NCBI GenBank assembly: GCA_035221665.1 | Contig: CM069141.1 | Location: 40,858,001 to 40,922,000, forward strand | DNA: 64,000 nt | Origin: Okamejei kenojei | Lineage: Eukaryota | Reading direction: 5' to 3' | The notes under the pieces: generated by a model | What the model saw: the letters and a program-made list of their open reading frames with translations, nothing else | What the model was told of the DNA's origin: nothing | Database searches by the model: none | Position numbers and translations under genes: made by a program | Shown: positions 25,851 to 39,342 of the stretch, one piece after another | Layout: every line of letters starts with the position of its first letter | How positions within the stretch are numbered: position 1 is the first letter of the stretch

Positions 25851-27342
25851 AAACCCTAAAGGTTGGATGAGGTTGGAGTATACACATTTTGCCCATAATT
25901 TCAGCATCTGAAATCTCTTTGCCTCCATGATAATAATGTACATGTTTCTATTTCAGCTATGCCAAATTATTGCAAACTTTCTGCTCCAACACATCAATCC
26001 TCACCGGGCTAGTATCTTATCATGTTTACTCTTTCTCTTTGGAGTAAACATTTGGAACTGCACTTGATATGGGTGTTCTACAAACTGGTAGAGTTTGGTT
26101 TCTATTACTTTGGCATACAAACAATTATTCATTCATCTCATTTTCTGCTCTTGCTCATTTTTTGCTGAGCATCTGGTACATGATGTTTAACTTGTATGAA
26201 AGGTGAAAACATTGCTTCACATACAGCTCAGTTGTGTCAGGGCTGTGCAAGGCACACAGAGCTGGTTATCTTGTGGAGGATGTGAAGGGGTTGGGAAAGA
26301 GTGGTTGTGCTGGATAAACTGTTTAATGCATTAGTGAATTTGGAATCTGTAAACAAATCCGTAAAGTGAGACACAATTATAAAAGCTTTGCTCCAAAATG
26401 TTCTATATAAAATGCTTTTGCTTCATTGAATAAACTTTTTCTCTGGAAACAGTTGTGAACTTCACAGGTTCACACGTAAAGCTTAATGACAGGTTGCCTG
26501 TTGATTCTTTACTCTTCACTGGCAGGTTACAGGAGGTTTAGGAAAACGAGGCATAAAGTTCTAAACTCCTTGGTTAGCATTTTTCCTAATGTGCTATTAA
26601 TTTATTGGCAACCTGCACCTCACAAAGGGTTTCTTGCAATCAGCTTAGGCCGGCTTGGTTAAAGGGAGAACTCACCAATGGATGTGCCTGCTAATCCACA
26701 GCTAAACTCATGGCTCACAAAAGCTCAAACCTGAACACATGTAACTGAATGATACATCAGCAAAGAGACTCTTGGCTGTGTAAGAAGGTCATTCACCCAT
26801 AATGGCTGTTTGTCTGAGTTGCCTTTCAAATAAAGATTCAACTACAGTTGAAACTTATTCCACCCCAGGGATGTTCAGCATATTCTTAGACTCACCTTTC
26901 ACACAGCATGTTTTCCTTGTGAAAAGGGAGCAATGGTCCAATCAGTTAAAAAAGAATCTATAACTAAAAATTAAAAAACAAAATTAAATCATGCCACTTG
27001 ATCTAATTTTGTAATATGCATGACAGAATTCTTTCCTTCAACTATGGCAACTCAGATTATTGTCATGGATGCCCTTGAAAATTTGAATTTATCAGCAAAT
27101 GTGCTTTATCCTCCAGTTGCAGGAATCTGCAGTGATTGCTGCAGTATATAACAATTTACAAATGAAGATGAGGTGTCACCAATATATCCATCAAGTAGCT
27201 TATTAAAATTAAAATGGTTGCTGCTTCTCCTTACCCCATCACGTTTGGTTAGTTTCATGTTACGAAATTTAAAATACTGGTTAGTTTCTAATGCTGCTTG
27301 GCTTCATTAAGCTTTCTTTCATGTTCAAAACATAAGAAGCAG

Positions 27343-27671
27343 CAATGTCTTGCCCAGAGTAGGTAAATCAAGGACCAGAGGACATAAGTTTAAGGTGAAA
27401 GGGAAAATATTTAATAGGAATCTGAGGGGGTACCTTTTTCACAGAAAGGGTGGTGGGGGTATGGAACAAGCTGCCAGAGGAGGTAGTTGAGGAAGGGACT
27501 ATCCCAACATTTAAGAAAAAGTTGGACAGGTACATGGATAGGACAGGTTTGGAGGGTTATGGACCAAGAGCAGGCAAGTGGGACTAGGGTAGCTGGGACA
27601 TGTTGGCTGGTGTGGGCAAGTCATGACAAAGGGCCTGCTTCCACACTGTATCACTCTATGACTATGACTCT
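27343..27671 (+). mobile_element. CR1 3' fragment
   Basis: CR1 C-terminal and 3' UTR pattern; (CTATGA)n tail. Confidence 0.75.
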
Positions 27672-29769
27672 AAGCAGCTTCTAATTGTACTTTATTTCCT
27701 TTGTTTTCTTTGTTTTCCTGGTTGATGAACAGTTGCAATTGGAAGAGATGCAGCAATCTTTCGTTCCAGTTCTTCCACATTTTATGTGATGCTAGCTACA
27801 AACCTCCTCATATCTGAAATCTCAGTTGTAAAAAGATGGTCATTAATATGGTTTTACCAAAAATAATTAAATGAGTCGTAAGTGTTATACATCACTGTCC
27901 ATGAAATCAGTTGAAATTTCACTCGCCTCCAGTCTTTTGGTTACAATTAAATTATTCTGGAATCCTCTATCTTGCAGAAAGAGCTTGGTTGTTGCTTGTA
28001 GACTACAGACTGGGCAATCAGGGCCTTTCATCAGTAACTAATGCAAAATTTTGAATTATTCCATGATGCGTTTCAAGACAAATGATCTAAGGCGACAAAA
28101 ATGAATTTCTCCATACCATGCTCTAAAAGCGCATTTTAATCTTTACTTTAGTCACAGAGCTGCAACTGCAATAAATTTTTAATATTCAGGTTTCAAGATG
28201 TGACCTTTAAAACTCTGCCTTTCATCTCTCTGTTCGCATTAAAGTACTTTTGCTAAATTCACAGTAAGGATGTTTCGCTTTCCTGGCTCCAGTGAGGGTT
28301 GAGATGGAAGAGCGAATTAAATAATCTGAAGAGATATGGAACTAATCTGTTGCCCTCAGCACCAGCTGCCTCGAGTATGTCATCTGTCAGCAACTGGCTA
28401 CATCTGTAAGATTCACACTCTTTGGGACTGGAATGATTAGCCTTCCTTAACAGGCGGAGTGGAGGAAAAAGCAAATGATATCTTGTGTCTTCTATTCTCT
28501 CACCTCCAGCTAACTTTCAGAAGCTTTGTTCGACATTTCCTAGTCCCACTGTAAGGCATGATTAGTGAAGTCCAGAGGCTCAGAGTAAATGGCTAATTCG
28601 TATATGAAAATTTATGTCAACGGGCAATCAATTCCATTTTACACTTAAGTATGACAGCTAATCTCATATGGCACTCACTGATCCTGGTTTTCCCAAGAAT
28701 TTTTAAAATTTCAATCTTATGAAATCTGCTTCCACCTTGGTGATAACATGTTCCAAAATAACTCAAAATCAAAACCTCTCCATATCTCTTTGTGCTTCTT
28801 TTACCAATTAGATAAATATCCATTGGTTATAGATCCCCCTGCCAGCTTCCCCCGTTGTAGAAAGACCTTGAATGCCGACCAAATCTAAGTAGACGCCTTG
28901 GTTCTCCCACAGATAAAGCTCCCTTCTTTTTGCTATGATTCCACTAAATCTGCTCCTCTTCGTGAACTTGATACCCTTCCAAAGGTGTGGTGACATAAAA
29001 CATCAACCTGCTGAAGACTAACTAGTGATTTTAAAGAGGTAGCATAGAGTCATAGTCATACAGCACAGAAACAACCCTTCAGCCCAACTCGCCCAATTTG
29101 CCGACAATGATGCTCCATCTAAGGAAGTACCATTTGCCCGCGCTTGGCCCTTTTACCTCTAAATATTTCCTATCTAGATATCTTTCCAAATGGCTTTTAA
29201 GTGCTGTTTTTGGAGGTCTAACTTTCAGGGACTTGCCAAGAAGAGATGTTTTAAGTCGTGTGGCATGTAATGCATTCTTAGGAAAGGCCAGACTGGAAAT
29301 CATGGCAATGAGGTCAAAGCACAGTTCAAAAGCTTCACCAAAACAGAGGCAATAGGATCAAAATTAACACAATGCCATTTTCCATAATACCTGCAAAGCT
29401 CAAATGCTTTTCATTATCTTCCAATGGTTTCCAAGACATTAGATTCTTTACTATCCTTCCTCCAAGACGTATATGAAAGAACACAAGGAGGAAGTGTACT
29501 GCAGACTCCCAAATAGTCAATGGCAATTAGAAGAGCAAATATGCCAGGAGACTGCAGACTGCTGCAGGACTAATCAAGTTAATCAAGGATTTTAACTTTC
29601 CCAATATTGACTGGGAATGTCATAGTGCAAAAGGTTTAGATGGGGCAGAATGTTCTTTAGGCAATATGTAGAGTTTCTTTAGGCAATATGTAGAGGGCCC
29701 TACACAGGAGGGAGCAATGCTTGATCTAGTCTTAAGAAATTGTGAGTGGCAAGTGGATGAAATGTTTGT

Positions 29770-30330
29770 GGACGAGCCCCCAGTATTCCCTGTGTGGACT
29801 CCTGTGCATTGGCAAGACAAAGTGCAGAGTCGGCAACTATTTTGCAAAAAAATTGCTCACAGTCTGCCAAAGCCTACAGGGTCTTGCAGTTGCTAACCAT
29901 TTTAACTCCTTTTCCCAGTCCCATACTGATCTTTCTGAACTGGGCAACCTCCATTGTAAGAGTGAGGCCACACACAAACTGGAAGAACAACACCTCATAT
30001 TCTGCTTTGGTATCTTACAACCCAATGATATGACATTGAATTCTCAAATTTCAGGTAATTACAAAACCCTCCCCTTCTCCCTTCTTCCCCCTAACCCCAC
30101 CCCTCTCCTTCCCCTTCAACCTACTTTCACAATTTACAAATCTTCAACTTTTTATCTCACATCTTGTGTCTTTTCATCTTTGGCTTTTGTCCACCATCTG
30201 CCTATCAACCCCATACCCCCATCATCACCTATATAAATCTATTACCTGCCAGGTTATGTCCTGCTTCTTCTTTCTTCCAGATTTATTTCCTCTACAAACA
30301 GTCTGAAGAAGGATCCCGGTCTGAAACTTT
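29770..30330 (+). mobile_element. Penelope-like element fragment: GIY-YIG endonuclease and 3' hammerhead remnant
   Basis: CGLLCIGKTKCRVGNYFA...VANHFNS..HTDL...KLEEQHLIFCFGILQP (ORF 29742-30236); CAGTCTGAAGAAGGATCCCGGTCTGAAAC at 30299-30327. Confidence 0.8.
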
Positions 30331-30449
30331 CAGACAAGAGTGCAAGAACAAATGTTTACAGGCCCTATCTATCTGGATGTCACCTTCTGAGGAAGATTGC
30401 CTCTCACAGCCAAATAAACCCTTCTCCATTGTACCATTTCTGATATTGA

Positions 30450-30930
30450 GTCTTGTGTGCAATTCTGGTCACCCCATTACAGGAAGAATGTAGAAGCTTT
30501 GGAATGGATGCAGAGGAGGTTGACCAGAATGATAGCAGCTGTTAGCCACATGGAGAGATTTGGATTGTTTTCTGCAGGGAGACCTGATAAAAAATATGTA
30601 CAATTATGAGAGGCATAGATAGGATAGACAGTCAGAACCATTTTCCCAGGATGGAAAAATCAAATGTTAGAGGACATAGCTTTAAGGTGAGAGGGGCAAG
30701 GTTTAAAGGAGATATGCGTGGCAATTTTTTTACAGGGTGGTGAGTGTCTGGAACGTGCTGCCAAAGGCAGATGATAGTGGCATTTAATAGACTTTTAAAT
30801 AGGCATATGGATATTCAGGGAATTGAGGGATATGGATTATGAGCATGCAGATAAGATTTCATCTTGCCGTTATTTTCAACGTAAACATTATGGACCAAAG
30901 GGCCTGTTTCTATGTTGTACTGTTCTATGC
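30450..30930 (+). mobile_element. CR1 3' fragment
   Basis: VQFWSPHYRKNVEALE-type coding remnant and CR1 3' UTR. Confidence 0.75.
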
Positions 30931-33132
30931 TTTATTCCCACCAATTCATTTTTGCTTTTGGATTTGCAGTATCTCTATTGATTTTGTTTAAGCACGTATT
31001 AGATGATATATTTGGTATAATAATATAGTATTTTACCAATGGAGTGATTAATTTGCAGAACGATCAGTTTACTACAACCAAGTCTACTACATCTGCTCTT
31101 ATATAAATGCAAATTTCAACCAACATTTGAGAAAGAAAACTGATGGAAAGTGGCACCACTGAGGAAGAAAGACCAAAGGCACAAAGGACAATAATGTAAT
31201 AGATAGAAGATCATGAGTTGGAAGGTGGGGAATGGATATAATTCTAAATATAGACACTGAAATCCAGTATTGTGCCCTGAGGTTTTTTGGAGAGAGATGT
31301 GAAAATCCTCATGGTAGCAACTGAGAAAGATGCAATCTGTTTTGATATAGCTTTATGTCTACATACTCATTTTATCTGACATATTTATACAGTATAATGG
31401 CAAATATATCCACAAGGAAACCAAGACACAAATGATACATTCTCCCATGTAAACAACCACTGTTCTGAAATACATGCAGAATGTAAGGGTCATCTCCCAC
31501 ACTAGATCCCAGGCTCGCAAAGATCCCCACCGCCCAGGCCATGCCTTCTTCTCACTGCAACCATCGGGAAGGTGGTCCAAAAGCCTCAAGTCTCACATCA
31601 GTTGGTTTAGGAACAACAACACCGTGCAACTATCAGCTTCTTGACCTTCACAACCCTAACTGCACCACAACATTACAGCCCACCTCTTGCACTTCTATGG
31701 ACTCGTTTTTTTTCCTCTAAATCGCTGTTTTCACTAATTTCTATTTTTTTGCACAGTCATCTTTCTTTTAGGATTTTATCTGTAATTTATATATAATTTG
31801 TTTGGTGTGTTGGTCTGAATCTATGTGCCTGAGACGCTGGTTCAATCTACCAGAGAACATTGCAGATGCAACTTTATAATTTACTAATGCGTACTGGATT
31901 CCATTGCACCAACAAAAGTGACGTGCTGAGATCGTGCTGACGCGCTGACGTACTGAGACGCACTATAGTTTAAGTGTAAAATAAAACGCTATGCTAGAAA
32001 TGTTCAGCAGGTCAGGCTACATCTCTGAAGAGAGAAATAGAATTAAATTATCAGAGCAGTGAATGGCTGTGGCCTGCAGGGGGAAGCTACCAAGCCGGCC
32101 ACTGCTCACACCCTGAAGACCTGAGAGTTGAGAGGAGGCAGCCAGTGATGACAGACGTGTGAAGCAAGGCCAGTAGGAGAGTGAACCGCGGCCTGGCCAT
32201 CCACGGCCTTAAGGTGTGTGTAAGCATGTTTCTTGTTGATATGAGCGTCTCCTGCCAGCAACAAGACTGGAGAGAGAAGCACAGCCTATTCTAACTTTAA
32301 GGTATGATCTCGTCATTTAAATATTGAAGGCGAGGTCACTTTGACACAAACAAGTTGAACAGAAGCTATCAGTACAGCAGTAATAGGAATGAATAAGACT
32401 CAACCGGTCAATGTTTCCTTTATTCCGGATCCACTATTCTTAGCATGCATCTGTGAGCTGCTGAAATAACAATTTGGCTTGTTGTTATCTTCTTTCACTG
32501 CAGGGTAACACCAACAACAAAACCCCAAAATATTGAATCATCCAGGATCATAAAAAATAAATCTTTTAAGCAATTTTAAAAATCTGTTGCAAGCACCTGA
32601 TTCACATCATTGATGGGTGCACTGAAAGTATTTCCACTCATGCTCAAACTAGTAGTCCACAAGCATGGATAGCCACAAGATATTTCTGGATTTAAAAGGC
32701 GAGTATGAGAATAAAATGTTTTCTCCTGCATGCTGCCTGAAAATCAGTCAGTGGTGGAGAGAGTTAGCAGCTGGGAAGGTCCTGAAATGACCTGTCTTGG
32801 GACCAACACATGGATGTAATCACGAAGAAGACACTCAGCACCTCTATCTTTTTAGAAGTTTAAAGAGGTGTCACTGAACAATCTTCTACAAAAGTTCTGT
32901 AGAAAGTATCCTCATTGATTGTATCATGGCCTGATATGGCATTTAAAAAGCACATGAATGGAAAGTACAAGAAGCCTTTGCAGAGAGTGGTGGACCCAGC
33001 CCAGTCCATCATGGGAAGACCATCAAAAGTATCTACATGATCATGTTTTTTTATTACTGTATTTTAAAATTATTAACTAATTTTTCAATATTTATGTGTA
33101 TTTCAGGATTCTGACAAGCCAAGTATGTAGTA

Positions 33133-35741
33133 CTGGACTAAATGGGACCCGTTGGGTCCCAGCTTCACACGGGAGGGCTCGTCCCCCAATGCAATATTCC
33201 ACCTCTCCACCATTTCCAATATTGCTGGCCAGTGTTGTGGGGTTTCTGAAGCGCAAGCATGGGTGTTGTGGGCTGAAGGGACTGGGTTTCAGATGACTAG
33301 TATGGACATTGTAGGCTGAATGTCTTCTTGGGCTGGCAGCACAGTCACTGTGGCCTGGCAGCTCAGTCACTGAGGCCAGGCAGATCAGTCACTGAGGCCT
33401 GACAGCTCAGTCACTCAGGCATGGCAGGTTGGCACGTTCAGTAACTCGGGCCTGGCGGGCTGGCAGCTCAAACTGCCATAAATTCTGCCAAAACAGGTGA
33501 CAGACTCTGTGTGAGAGAGAAGGGGGAGAGGATGGCCAATCAATTTTAGACATTTTCATCTATTTTTACAGATCACAACAATGAAGGATCTCTTGCGTGG
33601 ATCTCTGGAGCGCTAATATGGGTGTTGTGTGCTGAAGGGACTGATTTCCAGAGGGCTAGTATGAACATTGTGGACTGAATGGATTCTTGAACTTGCAGTT
33701 CAGTGAGTAATGGCTGGTGGGTTGGCAGTTCACTAAGTCACGGTTGGTGTGGTGGCAGTTCACTTAGTCACCCCTCCTTCCTTCACCCACCCCTCCCCCT
33801 CACTCTGCTCCTTGCCATTCCCCTCTGCCCCCACGCATTCAGTCCATCTCCCGTCAACCTCCCCCATGCACTCTCAGTGGCTCTCCGACAGCGCAGCCAT
33901 TCCTGCCTATTAGGTTCCCATTGTGATGAAGAACACGCAGGCATGGAAATGGAAAAATGATTTATTAAAGTTTAAAATGTGACTCACAAAATATAACAAC
34001 AATTTAAAGGTTAAAGATGAGATTTATTAAGTTATTTTTTGTTATGTCTCTTGTTGTGTTCTACTGCTCACTGCCTCTTGATGACTCTTTGCTGTTGATA
34101 AAAAAGACAATTTTAATATAGAGAGATTGAGCGGTCAAATTTGAACGTAGAAAATCTGAGAATTTACCTCAAACTTCATCATTCAGCGCAGGCCGGAAAT
34201 CCAATCACACAGCACTCGAAGCAGCATGCAGGCCGTAAGTCTAATCTCACAGCACTCGAAGCAGAGGGGAGGCCACAATTCCAACCTCACAGCACTCCAA
34301 GCTGTGTGCAGGCAGCAAATCCAACCTCACAGCACACCAAGCAGAGTGCAGGCAGCAAGTCCAACCTCACAGTAAGCAGAGTGCAGGCAGCAAGTCCAAC
34401 CTTACAGCACTCCAAGCAGGGTGCGGGCAGCAAGTCCACCATCACGGCACTCCAAGCACTCCAACAGACACGCACACAAACACACACACACAGACAAACA
34501 CACAGACACTCACACACACACAAAATGACACTCACACACAAACACATACATAAACACAAAGAAACACACACACACACACACACACACAAAGACAAACTCT
34601 CACACACAAACACACAAAAAACACACACAAAGACACACACACTCACACAGACACTCCCACACACACACACAGACACTCACACACACACACACACACACAC
34701 ATACAGACACACACACACTCACTCACACACAGCACCAACACTAAAATGCTAAGTAACTTTGGAACGTGGTAAGCATACTGAATCATGTTATTAATCATAT
34801 ACTCTATGTAAGTAGTTTGAAAATAAGAACACTGGTGTGTCTAAACCAAATTATTCAAACATTTAAAGTCTTTTCTCCTCTGAAACACTCCACTAGAGCT
34901 GCTGCTACTGCAAAAACATGCAATAATAACTTTCAACAAACACACACACTCACCGTATATATGCAGGTAAGTGAATTAATCAAAAGGCTCAGCGCGACGT
35001 CTCCACTCTGGGCCTTCCACACTCAGCGCCACTTCTGAACTCACTGGAAATGACGCAATCAGCGCCACCTCTCCACTAAGCAGAAGTCACGGAATGAACG
35101 GCAATTTTGCATTAAACACAGCCTGATCTAATAAAACGTTTATTCAAGGTTTTTCCTTCCAAAAACTATTGCACACTTTTCAATAGCCACACCACTTTTC
35201 AATAGTCACACCACTTTTCAATAGGCACACATTTTCAATTAGCCACACATTTTCAATTAGCCACACATTTCCAACAGCCGCACAGTTTAGAGGCACAGTT
35301 TAGAGGCACAGTTAAAAGGGGCATAAAAACATTTATTCCTTCCAAAACACAGTTCCAAGTAGACCACATAAAACCACACTCACAGTTTAGTAGACATATG
35401 TTCAGTGTTATTCACAGCTCTGAGAGTCGTGGCCTCTCCCTTCCTTCATCTTGCAGCAACTGAGGCACGTCCACACTTCCGGGTTTCATAGTCCCTCCCC
35501 CCTCCTTCCGGAAGGGGCGTGTCCTTCATGGCGTGATTGACAGGAGAGAGAATCTCAACATTTTTTAAACATTAGTAAGTCTTTTATTTTTCATCGATGG
35601 GAAAAATCCTCTGGCCCTGTGCAGAGGAGGGGGACTCTGAGTAAGATGGCCAAAAATCACAGCCATAAGTGGTAGCGTTTTTCCTAAAATAAATATAGTG
35701 CAAACAGGAAGTGGTCAAGTTTAGACTTTTAATTATATAGA
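33133..35741 (-). mobile_element. Non-autonomous Helitron-like element with captured repeats
   Basis: Minus strand reads A|TCTATATAATTAAAAGTCT at the 5' end (35741) and GGGACCC-AAC-GGGTCCC hairpin (33144-33160) + ATTTAGTCCAG|T at the 3' end: TC...hairpin...CCAG (variant of CTRR) inserted at AT with no TSD. Confidence 0.75.
34200..34735. repeat. ~40-bp degenerate minisatellite followed by CA-rich microsatellite inside the Helitron
   Basis: CACAGCACTCCAAGCAGGGTGCAGGCAGCAAGTCCAACCT-like units at 34200-34460; (CA)n-rich tract at 34465-34730. Confidence 0.85.
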
Positions 35742-36083
35742 TGAATGTGTCTACATTGACAGCAAAATGTCTGATCTCTATTTGCGATTGGATTTATTTT
35801 ATGAAGAAATAATAGGTGAATTGTCGTTGTACATGGGATTGTTTCCAATTTAAACAAGTTCTTGCTCCGGTTATTGCAGGTGTCTGAAGTAACAAACAGA
35901 TGGTTTAAGATTGTCAGAAACATCATTACTAGAGCCAGGATGTTTAGGCACTAAAAAACTCTGTAATAGGCAGGCAAAAAGGCAAAATAAAATTACAAAA
36001 AAGGCATTAAAAAGGCATTTATTGACAAAAAGGCATAAAAAGGCATTTATTTCCACCATTTATGGTTAAAAATAATAATATAA

Positions 36084-36416
36084 AGGGCCTGTCCCACTAA
36101 CGCAACTTTTTCGGCGACTCCAGCACCCATCATAGGTCGTTGCAGGTCGCCGAAACTTTTCAACATGTTGAAAATCCAGCAGCGACGAAAACAAGGTACG
36201 ACTCTTTGGACAACTACTCACGACCATACAAGCTTCACCCCGCGCGCGACATGTCGCCTGTATGGTCGTGAGTAGTCTTTTTAGTCACCCAGAGAGTCGT
36301 AGCGTCTTTTTGGTCGCCGCTGAATTTTCAACATGTTGCAAATTTTCGCTGACCTGCAACGACCTATGACGGGTGCCGGCAGTCGCCGTAAAAGTCATGC
36401 ACGTGGGACAGGCCCT
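36084..36416. mobile_element. PIF/Harbinger-type MITE nested in the hAT element
   Basis: TIR AGGGCCTGTCCCAC / GTGGGACAGGCCCT; TAA TSD on both sides; largely self-complementary interior. Confidence 0.85.
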
Positions 36417-37689
36417 TAAAGGTATACTACATTAAATGACCAAAGTAGCCTGGTAGCACATAATTACTAGCATTTTTTTTTCAAATTATCTGGAGGTAAA
36501 CTATGCCATCTGCCAGACAGAATATGTTTCAGTTGTGAAAAACCTATTTCTACCCCAGCTGAGGTCACTGGTGCATACCCGAAACAAGCTACAGACTCTA
36601 TATTCATGTTGATATCTTGTGCATTACAACTACCTTTGAGCAATTTAGCAATGTTTTCTATTTTTTAAGATCTTTGTTAGCTAAAATCACTCTCTCACAT
36701 GTCTTTACCTACATCACCAGGAACTTTAGGAATATTGTCAGTTACTTTGTTGAAAACCTCCAAGTTATTCACTAATGTTTCGCCATGTTTCTCAAGGGAA
36801 GTGATAGCTTGTGGGAAGTTTGCAAAATTGGAAGCAATAAACACAAGATCGCAGTGGAGGGACTTTCTCTGCATGATTTCACTGATGATCCTGATTGCAT
36901 CAGATTCTTCTTCTTCAAAACAGTTGACGATTTATTTTATCTTTTCTAAATTTGCAGCATAGTAGAGTACAGCAGAGAGCCATGTACCCCACCTAGTCAA
37001 AACGGTCTGAGGAGGTAGTGGAATCTCGGGTGCTATTTCCTTGAACAACTACACATGTGACGGTACTTTGAGGAAGATCTTCTTGATATTGCCTAGGCGA
37101 TCGACATTTGGAAACAAGCTACGTCTTTGCTTAACAATGTTATGAAGTCCTTGAGCTGAGCATGTCAAATGCAACATTTTGGGGAATAAAACCTTGTCAC
37201 AAACAGAAGTACATTCTCGTGTTTTATACCTTCTGGCCAAAGTACAACAAGTGAAGATGTAAACAACTGAGCAATAGTTGAGCTGTTTGACTTTTCCAAT
37301 ACTTCCATTGTCAACAAATACTCCTTTGATGGCTGACCTGCCTCCAGTGTACAGATGACCACATTGGCAACATGTCTCCACACAGCATCAGTTGCCTCGC
37401 CTATTGGGATCCGTATTTTGTTGCATGCAACTTCATCTCTAATTTTCTGCACAACAATGTTGAAGTTGCTGTCAACATAATTTTTTCATAATTACTCGCT
37501 TGGTATATGTTCCTCTGTGTATTTCTCTAAAAGACCTCAGAGAGGTTTGTTTTCCAATTTCCACAGTGGAATTCCAGCATCAATGAATACCTTGCACAAA
37601 TCACTCAAACTCAGATTTGCGACTGGAGTCAGCAGTAAATGTAGTGAGGAGACAAGCTTGGGTATTTTGCTTGGGTAGTCTACACCCCA

Positions 37690-37945
37690 GTGGTATCAAC
37701 ATTGACTTCTCTAATTTTAGATAGCCCTTATCTTCTCCCTCCGCCCCCTCCCCTTCCCAGCTCTCATTTTAGTCCTACTGTCTCAGCCTCTTCCTTTCTT
37801 TTTCCCGCCACCCCCCACATCTGAATAAGAGTCTCGACCCAAAACGTCGCCTATTCCTTCTCTTCATAGATGCTGCCTCACCCACTATTTCTCCAGCATT
37901 TTTTGTCTACCTTTGATTTTTCCAGCATCTGCAGTTCTTTCTTAA
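37690..37945 (+). mobile_element. Penelope-like 3' fragment nested in the hAT element
   Basis: End of GIY-YIG coding (GINIDFSNFR*), then ATCTGAATAAGAGTCTCGACCCAAAACGTCGCC, a degenerate hammerhead. Confidence 0.7.
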
Positions 37946-38043
37946 ATGGAGAAAACTGAATCAGCGGGCAGCGGCACGAACGAATGAACGAACGACGGTG
38001 GCGCCCCTGGTTTTGCCCCGGTGGTGGATGTTTTCTTGTAAGT

Positions 38044-38127
38044 TATAGAATAGAATAGGATAGAATGCCTTTTTATTGTCACTATACACATGTACAATGA
38101 GATTAAAAGCTGCTCCTACTCAGTGTA

Positions 38128-38164
<37 letters not shown>

Positions 38165-38360
38165 AATAAGGTGCGCAGTTTCTGCGGCGCTATATACATA
38201 TCTATAAAAGACAATGGATAAATAGAATTATAGTTACAGTACAAATTACAGTAGGTGGAAAGATGAAGGTCCGGGGGTTAGGCTGTGAAGTCAGTGCATT
38301 TGTGAGTTCAGGGAGATAATGGATATTGGAAAGAAACTGTTCTTGAGTCTATTTGTCCTT
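38044..38360 (-). mobile_element. Short Rex1/L2-like LINE 3' tail with G-run
   Basis: (TAGAA)n tail, TTTATTGTCA, GAAACTGTTCTTGAGTCT. Confidence 0.55.
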
Positions 38361-39014
38361 GTTAATACGTTAATAATAACATTAATAACGTTATTGGAAT
38401 CACAGTACAACTGGCGAAAATACCACGACCTTTTAGCAAAACGGCAAAAAAAGGTTGATTTAAGCACTCGATCGTGAAAAAGGCATTATCCTGGAGAAAC
38501 CATCAAAAAAGCCATGAAAAGGCACATGGCATTTATAGCAAAATTTTGGCTCTAATCGTTACTAATGCATTGAGACTTCCTACATAGCAAAACTTTTATT
38601 TCATTAGAAAATATATCCAACTGGATTTGAGGATATGAATGTTCAATTCTCTGATTTCAATTTTGGCAACGTAGTCTACGTATTGATACATCCTCACCCA
38701 AATATTGAACCTCCAGGTGAGAAATCCAAGTATGTATGAAGGAACTGCAAATACTGGAGAGAATGAATGGGATGTTGCCTGTCCTGCTGAGATACTCCAG
38801 CTTGTTGTGTCCATCTTTGGAGCAATCAAAATACTTCTTTAAAAACCCCAATGGTTCTAAATATTCCTGTAAATATATACATCATTTACTCCACTGTGAG
38901 TATAAATGCACCACTAATTTATTTATATATCTTGTTTCACCAAATGGGAACAATATATTATTTGCCTTCATACAAGAGGGAAAATATGTAAAGCATTGGA
39001 TTGGGACAGTAAGG

Positions 39015-39342
39015 TTTAGTTTAGTTTAGTTTAGTTTAGTTTAGAGATACAGCGCGGAAACAAGCCATTTCGGCCCACTGGGTCCATGCCGACCAGCGAT
39101 ATCCCGCACACTAACACTATCCTATACCCAGTAGGGACAATTTACCAAGCCAATTAACCTACAAACCTGTACGTCTTTGGAGTGTGGGAGGAAACCGAAG
39201 ATCCCGGAGAAAACTCATGCAGGTCACGGGGAAGCGGTACAAACTCCATACAGACAGCACCCATAGTCAGGATTGAAACTGGGTCCACGGTGCTGCATTC
39301 GCTGTAAGGCTGCAACTCTAGCGCTGTGCCACCATGCCGCCC
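39015..39342 (-). mobile_element. V-SINE (HE1-type) copy with (CTAAA)n tail
   Basis: GGCGGCATGGTGGCACAGCG head, V-domain and CR1-like tail on the minus strand. Confidence 0.8.

Larger units (their letters stand above)
35930..38554 (-). mobile_element. hAT-type DNA transposon with decayed CGGBP1/DUF659-like transposase
   Basis: Ends TAGAGCCA...TGGCTCTA; 8-bp TSD ATCATTAC (35922-35929) / ATCGTTAC (38555-38562); subterminal AAAAAGGCAT repeats; protein remnants HVANVVICTLE..EVLEKSNSSTIAQLF..LWPEGIKHENVLLFVT and KMLHLTCSAQGLH..KKIFLKVP. Confidence 0.8.

Noticed and set aside
28259-28520. 71-aa minus-strand ORF in non-repeat DNA ending near a possible GTGAAT donor
   Set aside because: No recognisable protein similarity, and an in-frame stop follows the best upstream acceptor; needs RNA-seq or homology evidence.
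34141-34752. 203-aa His/Thr-rich ORF and its antisense Cys/Val-rich ORF
   Set aside because: Translation of a minisatellite plus (CA)n microsatellite.
38128-38163. Long G/C homopolymers (also 24430-24456, 41945-41990, 45799-45845)
   Set aside because: Simple slippage tracts inside repeats with unreliable length; no evidence of function.
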